A DNA stretch of 64,000 nucleotides, taken from NCBI GenBank assembly GCA_007694035.1, contig RECM01000121.1, positions 2,649-66,648 of the forward strand, in the 5' to 3' direction. Source of the stretch: Balneolaceae bacterium. GTDB lineage: Bacteria; Bacteroidota; Rhodothermia; Balneolales; Cyclonatronaceae. The position numbers and the translations under genes were made by a program. Below, piece by piece: positions 18,677 to 29,287 of this stretch. How positions within the stretch are numbered: position 1 is the first letter of the stretch; the number at the start of each line of letters is the position of its first letter. The notes under the pieces were generated by a model. It saw only the letters and a list, made by a program, of their open reading frames with translations, had not been told where the DNA came from and did no database searches.

Positions 18677-21658
18677 TTGAATAAGAAACTGATCCCCGTT
18701 TTTCTTCTGATAGCAGTGCTTGCAAATCCACTGTCTGCGCGTCAAAATACTGATCCTTCTGCCCACCTTTTTTTAGAAGGCGTCAGGCTGTATGAAGAAG
18801 GCCTTTTTACCGAAGCTGAAAGAACGCTGGGGCTTTATCTCAGATCAGCACATACACCGCCGCAGAGAGAAAATGCACTGTTTTACAAGGTACAGGCACA
18901 AGCGGCCCTGAATCCGGACAATGCGGCTTCTTACTATGAACAGTTTCTGCAGGAATACACCCATTCGCAAAATGCCCGGGCCCTGCTCACAGAGATTGCG
19001 AATCTGAAGAAACGGGACGGTTCTTACTCAGAAGCAGCCATGTATTATGAGAGGGCTGTTAGATTAAATCCACCTGGTGAGGAAGCTGCACGAATTCATT
19101 ACCACCTGGGCGAGAGTTACGGGGCCCTGCATGATTATGACAATGCTGCTGCCAACTACTATGCAATAGCAGACCGCTATCCCCGGTCAAAACTGGCGCC
19201 TCAGGCCCTTTTTTCACTCGGGCGTCTTTATCTGAACAATCAGAAATTTGATGAATCGGCCAACGCCTTTGCCCGTCTGAGGCAATTATACCCGCTTAGC
19301 CCCGAAGCGGGACGGGTAGGAACGGCCCTGGGCGAATCGTATTTCCAACAGGGAATGTATGCTGAGGCCATTGACGCCCTGCGCGGTGTTCTGGCAACAC
19401 TCGACAAGGAAGGGGAGGCCAGAGCTGTTTTTATGCTGGCCGAAAGCAACAACTATCTTGGCAATTATGATCAGGCCACAACCTGGTACCGGCGGTACAT
19501 TAACCTGAAAGAAGATACAGAGGATGTCAGATTTGCCCATTATGGTATGGGTTGGGTTTTTCATCGTCAGGAAGTCTATCACTGGGCGGCTGAATCATTC
19601 GGGCGTGCGGCAATCGGAGATGACGAACTGGCCAGAAAAGCACTCTACTACCAGGCTGTAAATGAGAAGCTGGCAGGGCGGCTGGAGAATGCCTACAGGT
19701 CCTTTGAGCGGTTTGGAAACCGGTTCAGGACTGGAGAATGGATTGAAGAGGCCTATTTTGAGTGGGCCGTTATTGCTTTTGAAGTTGGCTTTTACGGTGA
19801 AGCCATTGAAATTCTGCTGAGCATGATCAGGAATGTGCCGGAATTAAACAATCCCGGTGACGTTTACAGTTTGCTGGGTGAAGCCTATTTCGCCAATAAC
19901 GAGTACACAAGTGCCATTGCAGCATTCGAGGCGGCAGAAACGGCAGTTGAAATCGGCGACGATATTAAAAGACAGGCCAGGTTTCAGCGGGCATGGGTAT
20001 TGTATCAGAACAACGCGTTCGCTCAGGCACAACCCGGTTTCGAGCAGCTCTACAGGGAAGATCCGGCGGCGAAACTGAGCGGGGAAGCACTGTTCTGGAG
20101 TGCCGACAGCTACTATAGTATGGGAGATTATGGTACGGCACTTGCCCAGTTTGACCGGTTTGTACGCGAATTCCCAAACCATGAATTTGCCGGTGCAGCA
20201 CACTATTCCATCGGGTGGAGTTACTTCAAACTTGGCCAGTTTGACAGAGCCATTGCGCCGCTGCAGCGTTTCCTGAGTGAATATAAAGCGCCCCCGATTC
20301 AGCTTTTCCCCTATGATACGGATACCAGGCTAAGGCTGGGTGATGCTCATTTCGCACTGAGAAATTACCGTGATGCCTTAACCTTTTATAATCAGGCAGT
20401 AGGCGCCGAACCAGGTGGTGATTATGCGATGTATCAGATTGCAAACAGCTACTACAGGATGGAGCAATCGTATGAAGCGGTTAGCACATTCCGGCGCCTC
20501 ATACGGATATATCCTTACAGTACGCTGCGTGAGCAGGCCGAATACAATATCGGGTACATCTACTTTCTCACAGGAAATTATGACCAGGCGGTGGAAGAGT
20601 TCACCCGGCTGATCAGCCGATCACCTAACTCTGCCTGGGCTGCACGGGCACAGTACAATATCGGTGATGCCTATTACAATGCCAACCGGAACGAAGAAGC
20701 CATTGAAGCCTACCGTAAAGTTCTTCAGAATTATCCGCGCAGCGATCTAATTATAGAAGCGGTGAACGGAATTCAGTTTGCTCAATCGGCAATGGGTGTT
20801 GACGACTCCAGCAATCAGATCCTGGAAGAATTTCTGTCCAGTAACCCGCAATCCAGAACAGCCGACCGCCTCCGGTTCAGGCAGGCCGATAACCAGCTGC
20901 AGGCAGGCGATTTCACCGGTGCTATTGCATCGTTCCGGCAGTACCTTAGGGTAACAAACGATGAGGCGATGATTCCCGAAGCCCTTTTCAATCTTGCGGA
21001 TGCCTATGAACAGACCAACAATCTGGACGGTGCTATTGAATCCTACCGGAATATTGTTGAAAACCACCGCCGTTCGGAACGCTATGAACCGGCCCTGACC
21101 AGTTTGGGACGCATTTATAATGATCAGGGCAGGTATGATGAGGCGATTGCAAGTTACCAGCGCCTCATTGATACATCAACGCTGATGCGGTTTGAAGCCA
21201 ACATCGGACTGGGCAATGGTCATCTTGGCAAGCGTGATTATAACCGTGCCCAGCAATTTTTTGAACGGGCCAATGAATTGACCCCGAACAGCGAAACCGC
21301 AAAAATCGGTCTTGGTAAAGTAGCATTTTACAGAAATAACTTCGATGAAGCCAGAAGGATATTCTCGGAGCTGGCTGATAAAAGCACAATGGAACCCGGC
21401 GCTGAAGCTCAGTATATGCTGGGCAGAATCTATCAGAGCCAGCGTTACTACGATGATGCCATTCAGGCCTATGCCAACGTGAGGGTACTGTTCGGTATCT
21501 ATGAGACCTGGGTAGCAAGGGCCCTGTTGCGAAGTGCAGAATCCCACCGGGCCATCGGTAACAGTACAGAGGCAGAAAATATTCTGCGCAATGTACAGGA
21601 ATCCTATCCCGGTACGGCTGAAGCCCGCGAGGCAGCGCAAATGCTCAGAGGACGTTAA
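18677..21658 (+). CDS. secreted tetratricopeptide-repeat protein (YbgF-like repeats)
   Basis: 993 aa. The signal peptide MNKKLIPVFLLIAVLANPLSA starts right at a TTG. TPR-type A/Y/L periodicity (..A...Y......Y..A...F..) runs throughout. Confidence 0.8.
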   Translation: MNKKLIPVFLLIAVLANPLSARQNTDPSAHLFLEGVRLYEEGLFTEAERTLGLYLRSAHTPPQRENALFYKVQAQAALNPDNAASYYEQFLQEYTHSQNARALLTEIANLKKRDGSYSEAAMYYERAVRLNPPGEEAARIHYHLGESYGALHDYDNAAANYYAIADRYPRSKLAPQALFSLGRLYLNNQKFDESANAFARLRQLYPLSPEAGRVGTALGESYFQQGMYAEAIDALRGVLATLDKEGEARAVFMLAESNNYLGNYDQATTWYRRYINLKEDTEDVRFAHYGMGWVFHRQEVYHWAAESFGRAAIGDDELARKALYYQAVNEKLAGRLENAYRSFERFGNRFRTGEWIEEAYFEWAVIAFEVGFYGEAIEILLSMIRNVPELNNPGDVYSLLGEAYFANNEYTSAIAAFEAAETAVEIGDDIKRQARFQRAWVLYQNNAFAQAQPGFEQLYREDPAAKLSGEALFWSADSYYSMGDYGTALAQFDRFVREFPNHEFAGAAHYSIGWSYFKLGQFDRAIAPLQRFLSEYKAPPIQLFPYDTDTRLRLGDAHFALRNYRDALTFYNQAVGAEPGGDYAMYQIANSYYRMEQSYEAVSTFRRLIRIYPYSTLREQAEYNIGYIYFLTGNYDQAVEEFTRLISRSPNSAWAARAQYNIGDAYYNANRNEEAIEAYRKVLQNYPRSDLIIEAVNGIQFAQSAMGVDDSSNQILEEFLSSNPQSRTADRLRFRQADNQLQAGDFTGAIASFRQYLRVTNDEAMIPEALFNLADAYEQTNNLDGAIESYRNIVENHRRSERYEPALTSLGRIYNDQGRYDEAIASYQRLIDTSTLMRFEANIGLGNGHLGKRDYNRAQQFFERANELTPNSETAKIGLGKVAFYRNNFDEARRIFSELADKSTMEPGAEAQYMLGRIYQSQRYYDDAIQAYANVRVLFGIYETWVARALLRSAESHRAIGNSTEAENILRNVQESYPGTAEAREAAQMLRGR

Positions 21659-22947
21659 TGATCAGGGTAATAGAACCGGTTCAAAGCCTGGCTGGATCGG
21701 TAAAGGCTCCACCCGACAAATCGATAGCTCAGCGCGCAGCCCTGTTTTCACTGCTAAGCGATAAGGAAACGGTTATATGCAACTATCCGGTCGCTGCCGA
21801 TCCGCAGACGGCACTTGCATGCATTAAAATGCTGGGGGCAAAAATTGAAGAGCGGGATGGAAGTTTAACAATTACCGGTACTGGCAAGACAGGTCTGCCA
21901 AAAGATGCCGGGACAATAGATTGCGGAAATTCAGGCACAACCATGCGGCTGCTTGCAGGTATTATTGCCGGCAGTGGTACCGGCGCGATACTTACCGGAG
22001 ACGCATCGCTCAGTAAAAGAACCATGAAACGGATTATTGATCCGCTTCGGAAAATGGGAGCAGAGATCAGAGCTGCTGAGGGTGATTTTGCCCCATTGCA
22101 ATTCATGCCCGGAAAGCCATTGACCGGTATAGATTTTAAACTCCCTGTGGCCAGTGCCCAGCTTAAATCATGTATGCTGCTGGCCGGATTGTTTACCAAT
22201 GGAACCACTGTTATTGAGCCGGTTCCAAGCCGGAACCACACCGAAAAAATGCTGAATCTGAAAACAGAAGCTGGTGCAGACGGCCTGAAGATACATTCAT
22301 CACGAAACCACCCCATTCCGGTTCTTGATATAACGATTCCCGGAGATTTTTCTTCGGCGGCATTCTGGCTTGTTGCCGGTGTAATCTATCCGGACTCCGA
22401 AATTGTTGTGAAAGAAACAGGGTTGAACCCAACCCGGTCTGGTGCCCTTGAAATTCTGAAAAGGATGGGAGCGGATATCACAATCGGGAATGAATCAAGA
22501 ACCGGTGCTGAGCCAATTGGAGATCTGCGGGTAATTTCATCAAAATTGAATCCAACCCGGATTCTACCGGAGGAAATCCCAAACTGTATCGATGAATTGC
22601 CGGTGCTCGCTGTGGCCATGGCATTTGCAGACGGTATATCTACGTTCAGAGGAGCTGCTGAACTCAGGCACAAAGAGTGCGATCGTATTAATGCTGTTGC
22701 GAGTATGCTCAAATCGGCAGGAGCAGAGGTAATTGAATTCGAAGACGGGCTGGAAATCCATGGCAATCCCGGCCTCATCCCCCAACCTTCGAATTATAAC
22801 AGCTACCACGATCACAGAATAGCCATGGCTTCGGCTATTCTTGCCGGCATGGGCCATGGTTCATCCAGCATTGAGCATGCCGAAGCTGTTAATGTTTCTT
22901 ATGCTGAATTCTGGGAACATTTTGATAATCTGGCAGGCAGGGTTTAA
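21658..22947 (+). CDS. aroA: 3-phosphoshikimate 1-carboxyvinyltransferase (EPSP synthase)
   Basis: PPDKSIAQRA, CGNSGTTMRLLAG and LRHKECDRI. The start overlaps the TPR stop by 1 nt (TAATG). Confidence 0.92.
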   Translation: MIRVIEPVQSLAGSVKAPPDKSIAQRAALFSLLSDKETVICNYPVAADPQTALACIKMLGAKIEERDGSLTITGTGKTGLPKDAGTIDCGNSGTTMRLLAGIIAGSGTGAILTGDASLSKRTMKRIIDPLRKMGAEIRAAEGDFAPLQFMPGKPLTGIDFKLPVASAQLKSCMLLAGLFTNGTTVIEPVPSRNHTEKMLNLKTEAGADGLKIHSSRNHPIPVLDITIPGDFSSAAFWLVAGVIYPDSEIVVKETGLNPTRSGALEILKRMGADITIGNESRTGAEPIGDLRVISSKLNPTRILPEEIPNCIDELPVLAVAMAFADGISTFRGAAELRHKECDRINAVASMLKSAGAEVIEFEDGLEIHGNPGLIPQPSNYNSYHDHRIAMASAILAGMGHGSSSIEHAEAVNVSYAEFWEHFDNLAGRV

Positions 22948-23083
22948 TGGCCTGAATATTGAGGGGGTATTCCTGACAAATTGTTCAGCAACGTAACTGC
23001 CGGGTGTCAATACGTCATGATTGAATAGAATTGACGTGCTTTGGCATTGTTATTGAACTGTAATAAGTAAAAAAGGAAATACT

Positions 23084-23512
23084 ATGCCAGAAACACCATT
23101 CAATAAACTCGAAGACCGCCTCAACCAGCTGGGTGAGGATCTGAATACATTTATCGGAAAAATTGTACCTGAAGCAAAATCAACTGGAGGCTACAGGCCC
23201 CATGCCGATCTTGTAGAAGGTAAAGACGATTATAAACTGCATATCGATCTGCCCGGTTTAAGTAAAAGTGATATCGGGCTGAAAGTGCAGGACCGCGTTC
23301 TAACCGTTAATGGAGAACGCGAGATAAAAATTGGCAACGATGAATTGTTCATCAGAAAAGAGCGGTCATCAGGAGCGTTTACAAGATCGTTCCCGTTGCC
23401 CGAAGATGCTTCCTCCGAAGAAATAAAGGCAAAGTTTTCGAATGGTGTGCTGACGGTTACGATGAAACGTGCCGAAACAGATACAGATTCAGCTTCAATA
23501 AAAATCGATTAA
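23084..23512 (+). CDS. small heat-shock protein, Hsp20/alpha-crystallin family
   Basis: Alpha-crystallin domain: ADLVEGKDDYKLHIDLPGLSKSDI...FTRSFPLPEDA..E.I.A.F.NGVLTVT. Confidence 0.9.
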   Translation: MPETPFNKLEDRLNQLGEDLNTFIGKIVPEAKSTGGYRPHADLVEGKDDYKLHIDLPGLSKSDIGLKVQDRVLTVNGEREIKIGNDELFIRKERSSGAFTRSFPLPEDASSEEIKAKFSNGVLTVTMKRAETDTDSASIKID

Positions 23513-23537
23513 ACAGAAAGAATAGAGTAGAATAACT

Positions 23538-25466
23538 ATGGGAAAAATCATTGGAATTGACCTCGGAACAACGAACTCATGTGTTTCCGTAATGGAAGGC
23601 AACGAGCCGGTTGTAATTCCGAATTCTGAAGGCGGGCGTACGACCCCATCCGTTGTAGCATTCAGCAAAGACGGTGAAAGGCTGGTTGGCGCACCTGCCA
23701 AACGTCAGGCCATCACTAACCCCAAAAATACAATCTCATCGATCAAGCGGTTCATGGGCCGGCGTTACGATGAGGTTACAACCGAGCTTGAGAACATCGC
23801 TTTCGACATTGTGAAAGCGGATGACGGTACAGCACGTGCCAAAGTTGAAGACCGCAGCTATGCCCCTCAGGAAATTTCAGCTATGGTGCTACAGAAAATG
23901 AAGCAGACCGCCGAAGAGTATCTGGGTGAGAAAGTAACAGCTGCTGTTATTACTGTGCCGGCTTACTTTAATGATGCACAGCGTAAAGCAACACAGGAAG
24001 CCGGTGCTATCGCCGGGCTGGAAGTCAAAAGGATTATCAATGAACCGACGGCAGCCGCCCTTGCATACGGCCTTGATAAAAAAGACAAAAACGAAGTTGT
24101 AGCCGTATATGACCTTGGCGGAGGTACATTCGATATCTCCATTCTGGAGTTGGGAGATGGTGTGTTTGAGGTAAAATCCACACACGGCGATACCCACCTG
24201 GGTGGCGATGATTTTGATTCCAGACTTATTGACTTCCTTGCAGACGAATTCAAAAAACAGGAGAGCATTGATCTCAGGAAAGATCCTATGGCTATGCAGC
24301 GGCTTAAAGATGCTGCTGAAAAGGCAAAAATTGAACTTTCCAGCTCGCAAAAGACCAATGTTAACCTGCCGTTCATTACTGCAGATCAAACTGGTCCCAA
24401 ACACCTGAGCATTGATATCACCCGGTCTAAATTTGAGCAACTTGTAGAAGATCTGGTGAAACGAACACTCGGGCCGTGCGAGAAAGCCATTAAAGATGCC
24501 AAAATCAGTAAAGACGAAATCGATCAGATTATTCTGGTTGGAGGATCAACCCGTATCCCCAGGATTCAGGAAGCAGTAAAAGCATTCTTCGGCAAAGAGC
24601 CGAGCAAAGGTGTAAATCCCGATGAGGTAGTGGCAGTTGGTGCCGCCATTCAGGGTGGAGTACTTTCAGGCGATGTTAAAGACGTGATTCTGCTTGATGT
24701 AACCCCGCTTTCATTGGGTATTGAAACACTGGGTGGTGTAATGACCAAGCTGATCGATGCCAATACAACCATCCCGACCAGCAAAACCGAAGTGTTCTCT
24801 ACCGCGGCCGACAGCCAAACCAGCGTTGAGATTCATGTACTGCAGGGTGAGCGTGTTAAAGCGGTCGACAACCGGACCCTTGGCCGATTCCACCTCGACG
24901 GAATACCACCTGCACCACGGGGTATTCCGCAAGTTGAAGTTACCTTCGACCTTGATGCCAATGGTGTGCTCAACGTAAGTGCCAAAGACAAGGCAACGAA
25001 CAAAGAGCAGAAAATACGCATTGAGTCGAGCTCAGGGTTAAGTGATCAGGAGATCGAACGCATGAAGAATGCGGCTAAAGAACACGCCGACGAAGACAAA
25101 AAAATCCGTGAGCGCATTGAACTGATGAACCGGGCCGATAACCTCATCTTCTCAACCAAAAAGCAGCTTGATGAATTTGGTGACAAGATTTCTGAAGGCA
25201 ACCGGAAAACTATCGATGAAGCCCTGGCAAAACTCGAGACACTCCACAAAGAAGAGAAGCTTGACGAACTTGAGGCGGCCATGGATGAACTGAACAAAGC
25301 GTTTTCTGCAGCTTCAGCTGAAATGTACCAGGCTGCCCAGGAGCAGGCTTCTGCTGATGCCGGAGCCGGTGAAGGCGAAGGTGATGCATCATCTGGGGCC
25401 AAGGCCGATAATGATGCCGTTGACGCTGATTTTGAAGTTGTAGACGACGAAAAGAAAAAAGACTGA
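23538..25466 (+). CDS. dnaK: molecular chaperone DnaK (Hsp70)
   Basis: [21 protein letters not shown] and [11 protein letters not shown]. Lies 25 nt downstream of hsp20. Confidence 0.98.
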   Translation: MGKIIGIDLGTTNSCVSVMEGNEPVVIPNSEGGRTTPSVVAFSKDGERLVGAPAKRQAITNPKNTISSIKRFMGRRYDEVTTELENIAFDIVKADDGTARAKVEDRSYAPQEISAMVLQKMKQTAEEYLGEKVTAAVITVPAYFNDAQRKATQEAGAIAGLEVKRIINEPTAAALAYGLDKKDKNEVVAVYDLGGGTFDISILELGDGVFEVKSTHGDTHLGGDDFDSRLIDFLADEFKKQESIDLRKDPMAMQRLKDAAEKAKIELSSSQKTNVNLPFITADQTGPKHLSIDITRSKFEQLVEDLVKRTLGPCEKAIKDAKISKDEIDQIILVGGSTRIPRIQEAVKAFFGKEPSKGVNPDEVVAVGAAIQGGVLSGDVKDVILLDVTPLSLGIETLGGVMTKLIDANTTIPTSKTEVFSTAADSQTSVEIHVLQGERVKAVDNRTLGRFHLDGIPPAPRGIPQVEVTFDLDANGVLNVSAKDKATNKEQKIRIESSSGLSDQEIERMKNAAKEHADEDKKIRERIELMNRADNLIFSTKKQLDEFGDKISEGNRKTIDEALAKLETLHKEEKLDELEAAMDELNKAFSAASAEMYQAAQEQASADAGAGEGEGDASSGAKADNDAVDADFEVVDDEKKKD

Positions 25467-25498
25467 CCGTTCTGTTAGTCCAACTGAATAAATAATTA

Positions 25499-25532
25499 AA
25501 GCCCCGCTGCCATTTGTCAGCGGGGCTTTTTT
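25499..25532 (+). terminator. rho-independent terminator after dnaK
   Basis: GCCCCGCTG (25501-25509) pairs with CAGCGGGGC (25518-25526), followed by TTTTTT. Confidence 0.8.
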
Positions 25533-25654
25533 ATGACATTCAGTTTCACCCGTTCATGAATATATAAATCGAATTTTCCGTACTTTTACGGTGTTACTAA
25601 TACATCAAAAAATCTATTTATTTAGTAAATCACCAAACTTACACCTGCCATTTT

Positions 25655-28549
25655 ATGAGTATTGATCTGTCGAGGCGCGAACATTTTTTAAACCGCCATA
25701 TTGGCCCTTCTCAAAAAGAAGTACCAATAATGCTTAAAACGATCGGTGCTTCTTCTGTCGATTCCCTTATGGATGAAACCATACCCCGGGGAATCAGACT
25801 GGAAATGCCGCTTCAACTGCCTGAAGGTATATCCGAACACAAGTTTATTAAACAATTCCGCCGGCTTGCATCCCATAACAGAATTTTTACCTCTTTTATC
25901 GGGCAGGGATACTACGATACCATAACGCCGGCAGTGATACAGCGTAATGTGCTTGAAAATCCGGGATGGTATACGGCATACACACCCTACCAGGCAGAGA
26001 TTGCACAGGGGAGGCTTGAGGCGCTGATAAACTTTCAGACTGCTGTAATGGACCTGACGGGCATGGAGCTTGCCAATGCATCTTTGCTGGATGAGGCAAC
26101 GGCTGCTGCTGAAGCCCTGAGCCTTATTTATGCCGTAAAACCAGCATCAAAAAAACATGCCGATACATTTGTGGTTTCGGATGCGTGTCATCCACAGACG
26201 ATTGACGTGTTGCGCTCACGTGCTGAACCACTCGACATCAAACTTCTGGTAACAGATCATCGCACTGCAGACGTGACTGATCCGTCTGTATTCGGAGTTC
26301 TACTTCAATATCCCGACACATATGGCAGAGTTGAGGATCACAGCAGTTTTATTACCACATGCCATGAAAACGACGTTCTTGTTGCGGTTGCGGCCGATTT
26401 ACTCAGCCTTACCCTGCTCAAGTCGCCGGGTGAGATGGGTGCGGATGTGGTAGTTGGTTCGGCCCAGCGATTTGGTGTACCCATGGGGTTTGGCGGACCG
26501 CATGCAGCATTTTTTGCCACCAGGGAAGAGTACAAACGACAGATACCAGGCCGCATTATCGGCGTGTCGATCGATGCTAAAGGTAAAAAAGCATACCGCA
26601 TGGCGCTACAGACACGTGAACAGCACATCCGGCGTGAAAAAGCAACAAGCAATATTTGCACGGCCCAGGTTCTTTTGGCAGTAATGGCCGGATTTTATGC
26701 GGTATATCATGGACCGGCAGGACTGCTACGGATTGGCAACCGGGTTCACGGCATGGCCAGATTACTTGAGAAAGGCCTGGCATCGCTGGGATATAAAACT
26801 GAAACCAGTTCCTATTTCGACACTCTGAAAATCCCGATACCGACACCTGAAGAACGTCACAGAATTCAACACTTAGCCATACAGAATGAACTGAATTTCA
26901 GGTATTTCGATGATAATTCTATCGGGCTTGCGCTGGATCAGGGCAAAGAGCTTGATGATGTTGCCCGGGTTCTCGAAGTATTCGCCGAGGTGCGTGACCT
27001 GGTTGTAGATTTTGATGTTGACGGTGAAGGCATGGCAGTTGAGGCTTCCATTCCTGAGGCTCTCAGAAGAAAGACCCCATTTCTTGAGCATCCTGTATTC
27101 AATTCATTCCAGTCTGAGCATGAAATGCTGCGATACATCAAAAGGCTTGAGAACAAAGACCTGTCGCTGGTTCATTCCATGATCTCACTTGGGTCATGCA
27201 CCATGAAACTGAATGCTACAACAGAAATGATCCCGCTGAGCTGGCCGGAATTCGGTCAGATGCATCCGTTTTCGCCGGATTGGCAGTCGGAGGGTTATAA
27301 TGAGATGAACAGGGAAATTTCTCGATGGTTGTGTGAGATTACAGGATTTCAGGCCGTATCCCTGCAACCGAATTCAGGGGCACAGGGTGAACTAACCGGG
27401 CTGCTTACCATACGTGCATATCACCACAACAGGGGCGATCAGCACCGAAATGTGGCAATAATCCCGTCGTCAGCTCATGGTACCAATCCTGCCAGTGCTG
27501 TAATGGCGGGAATGAAGGTAGTGATTACCCGCTGTGATGAAAAAGGCAACATTGATCTGCAGGACCTCAAAGACAAGGTTGAAAAACACCGGGATAATCT
27601 GGCCGCACTCATGGTCACCTATCCGTCCACCCACGGTGTATTTGAAGAAGACATCCGTGAAATATGCGCCCTTATTCATGATAACGGTGGGCTTGTCTAT
27701 ATGGACGGGGCAAACATGAACGCTCAGGTTGGCCTGACTTCGCCGGCCCGCATCGGAGCTGATGTATGCCACCTGAACTTGCACAAAACCTTTTGCATTC
27801 CGCACGGTGGGGGCGGGCCTGGTATGGGCCCGATAGCCGTGAATAACCGGCTTGCTCCGTTTCTGCCTTCTCACCCCGTTGTAAAAACCGGTGGTGAAAA
27901 TGGCATACCTGCTGTTGCTGCAGCACCTTACGGAAGTGCCAGCATTCTCACAATTTCCTATGCCTATATGTTGATGATGGGAGGCAGCGGGCTCACCGAG
28001 GCCACGAAGTTTTCAATACTCAACGCCAATTACATCAAGACAAGGCTGGAAAACCATTATAAAATTCTGTATACAGGCAAATCGGGCAGAACAGCGCATG
28101 AGTTCATTGTAGATCTTCGCGAATTCAAAATGCACGGTATAGAAGTTGAGGATGTGGCCAAACGACTGATGGACTACGGTTACCACGCACCTACAGTATC
28201 GTTCCCTGTACCAGGTACCATGATGATTGAACCTACCGAGAGTGAAACCATGACCGAACTTGACAGATTTTGTGATGCCATGATTTCAATCCGCCATGAA
28301 ATTGATGAGATAATCGACGGGCGTGCCGATATGACAGATAATGTACTGAAAAATGCGCCGCATACTGCCGCCACGATTACTGCAGACAACTGGCCTCATT
28401 CTTATAGCCGTGAAAAAGCTGCCTGGCCGCTTGAGTGGGTCAGAGAGTCAAAATTCTGGGTACCGGTGAGCCGTGTTGACAGTGCCTATGGTGATAGAAA
28501 TTTGGTTTGCAGCTGTCCGCCTATTGAGGAATTTGAAACGACTGAATAG
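25655..28549 (+). CDS. gcvP: glycine dehydrogenase (decarboxylating), single-chain P protein
   Basis: 964 aa with [13 protein letters not shown] and the PLP-lysine context [16 protein letters not shown]. Confidence 0.97.
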   Translation: MSIDLSRREHFLNRHIGPSQKEVPIMLKTIGASSVDSLMDETIPRGIRLEMPLQLPEGISEHKFIKQFRRLASHNRIFTSFIGQGYYDTITPAVIQRNVLENPGWYTAYTPYQAEIAQGRLEALINFQTAVMDLTGMELANASLLDEATAAAEALSLIYAVKPASKKHADTFVVSDACHPQTIDVLRSRAEPLDIKLLVTDHRTADVTDPSVFGVLLQYPDTYGRVEDHSSFITTCHENDVLVAVAADLLSLTLLKSPGEMGADVVVGSAQRFGVPMGFGGPHAAFFATREEYKRQIPGRIIGVSIDAKGKKAYRMALQTREQHIRREKATSNICTAQVLLAVMAGFYAVYHGPAGLLRIGNRVHGMARLLEKGLASLGYKTETSSYFDTLKIPIPTPEERHRIQHLAIQNELNFRYFDDNSIGLALDQGKELDDVARVLEVFAEVRDLVVDFDVDGEGMAVEASIPEALRRKTPFLEHPVFNSFQSEHEMLRYIKRLENKDLSLVHSMISLGSCTMKLNATTEMIPLSWPEFGQMHPFSPDWQSEGYNEMNREISRWLCEITGFQAVSLQPNSGAQGELTGLLTIRAYHHNRGDQHRNVAIIPSSAHGTNPASAVMAGMKVVITRCDEKGNIDLQDLKDKVEKHRDNLAALMVTYPSTHGVFEEDIREICALIHDNGGLVYMDGANMNAQVGLTSPARIGADVCHLNLHKTFCIPHGGGGPGMGPIAVNNRLAPFLPSHPVVKTGGENGIPAVAAAPYGSASILTISYAYMLMMGGSGLTEATKFSILNANYIKTRLENHYKILYTGKSGRTAHEFIVDLREFKMHGIEVEDVAKRLMDYGYHAPTVSFPVPGTMMIEPTESETMTELDRFCDAMISIRHEIDEIIDGRADMTDNVLKNAPHTAATITADNWPHSYSREKAAWPLEWVRESKFWVPVSRVDSAYGDRNLVCSCPPIEEFETTE

Positions 28550-28643
28550 AAATGCGGTAGCGTTTGGCTGCAAATAATTGGAATAAACGACCCGAAATGC
28601 ATGTTTATGGTGATTTGTGTGTGGCTATAGCAAGTGTTAAAAA

Positions 28644-28687
28644 ATGCAACTATGTTGCATTTTAGTCGGAATGCAACTATCTTGCAT
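28644..28687. promoter_or_regulatory. two tandem 17-bp palindromes (candidate operator)
   Basis: ATGCAACTATGTTGCAT at 28644-28660 has perfect 7-bp arms. ATGCAACTATCTTGCAT at 28671-28687 matches 6 of 7 arm positions. Their starts are 27 bp apart, 40-85 bp upstream of the lipoprotein ATG at 28728. Confidence 0.4.
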
Positions 28688-28727
28688 AGTGACTAACCAA
28701 ATAAAACATGAATTTACTGAGGAGAGC

Positions 28728-29195
28728 ATGTACAAATACGTATTTATAGCAAGCATTCTTATCGTATCACTTTCATTTTTAACAGCTTGTAATGATACCC
28801 ATGACCATGATCATCTGGATATTGTCGGTTTTGAAATCCGGCAGAATGACCAGGTAATTGTAACACAGGCGCGCAACCCGCAGACAGGGCAAATAGAAGT
28901 TACCGGCAGAATAGACGTTCAATCCGGTGAATCAACCCCTTTGCTAACCGTTGTTTTCTTTGATCCTGATGGCCACTCACTAACCATAACTGAAAGTGAT
29001 TTTTCATTGAATGTTAATCCGGTTAATACCTCAGTGATGACTGTTCATCATAATCCTTCTCAGGCAAGATGGGGATTTACGGTTGAGGGAAAACAGGTCG
29101 GAACGGAAGCAATACAGATCTCTGTAATGCATGGCAATCATGCCGATTTTGAATCAAGGTCGGTTACCGTGCAGGTTCACAGTTCAGGTGGTTAA
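28728..29195 (+). CDS. His-rich lipoprotein, unknown function
   Basis: I chose the ATG at 28728, preceded by GGAGAG. The signal peptide has the lipobox LTAC and the mature N-terminus is CNDTHDHDHLD. The longer track ORF (28644) would start inside the palindromes. Confidence 0.6.
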   Translation: MYKYVFIASILIVSLSFLTACNDTHDHDHLDIVGFEIRQNDQVIVTQARNPQTGQIEVTGRIDVQSGESTPLLTVVFFDPDGHSLTITESDFSLNVNPVNTSVMTVHHNPSQARWGFTVEGKQVGTEAIQISVMHGNHADFESRSVTVQVHSSGG

Positions 29196-29287
29196 GAACC
29201 TGTCTTGCATCAGCAGTTGTATTCTGAGCATTTGAGATATTTCTGGCCCTACAGGCACTGTAGAAAAACGAATAAGTGACATCTACC

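Noticed and set aside
25533-25654. Possible glycine riboswitch in front of gcvP.
   Set aside because: The 120-nt leader is AT-rich and lacks the conserved GGAGAG...CACCG...GGGGCAA-type elements of glycine aptamers.
28644-28727. The longer N-terminal extension of the lipoprotein ORF (MQLCCILVGMQLSCIV...).
   Set aside because: The two in-frame ATGs are simply the ATG of each ATGCAAC palindrome. The ATG at 28728 has a GGAGAG upstream and starts a canonical lipoprotein signal peptide.
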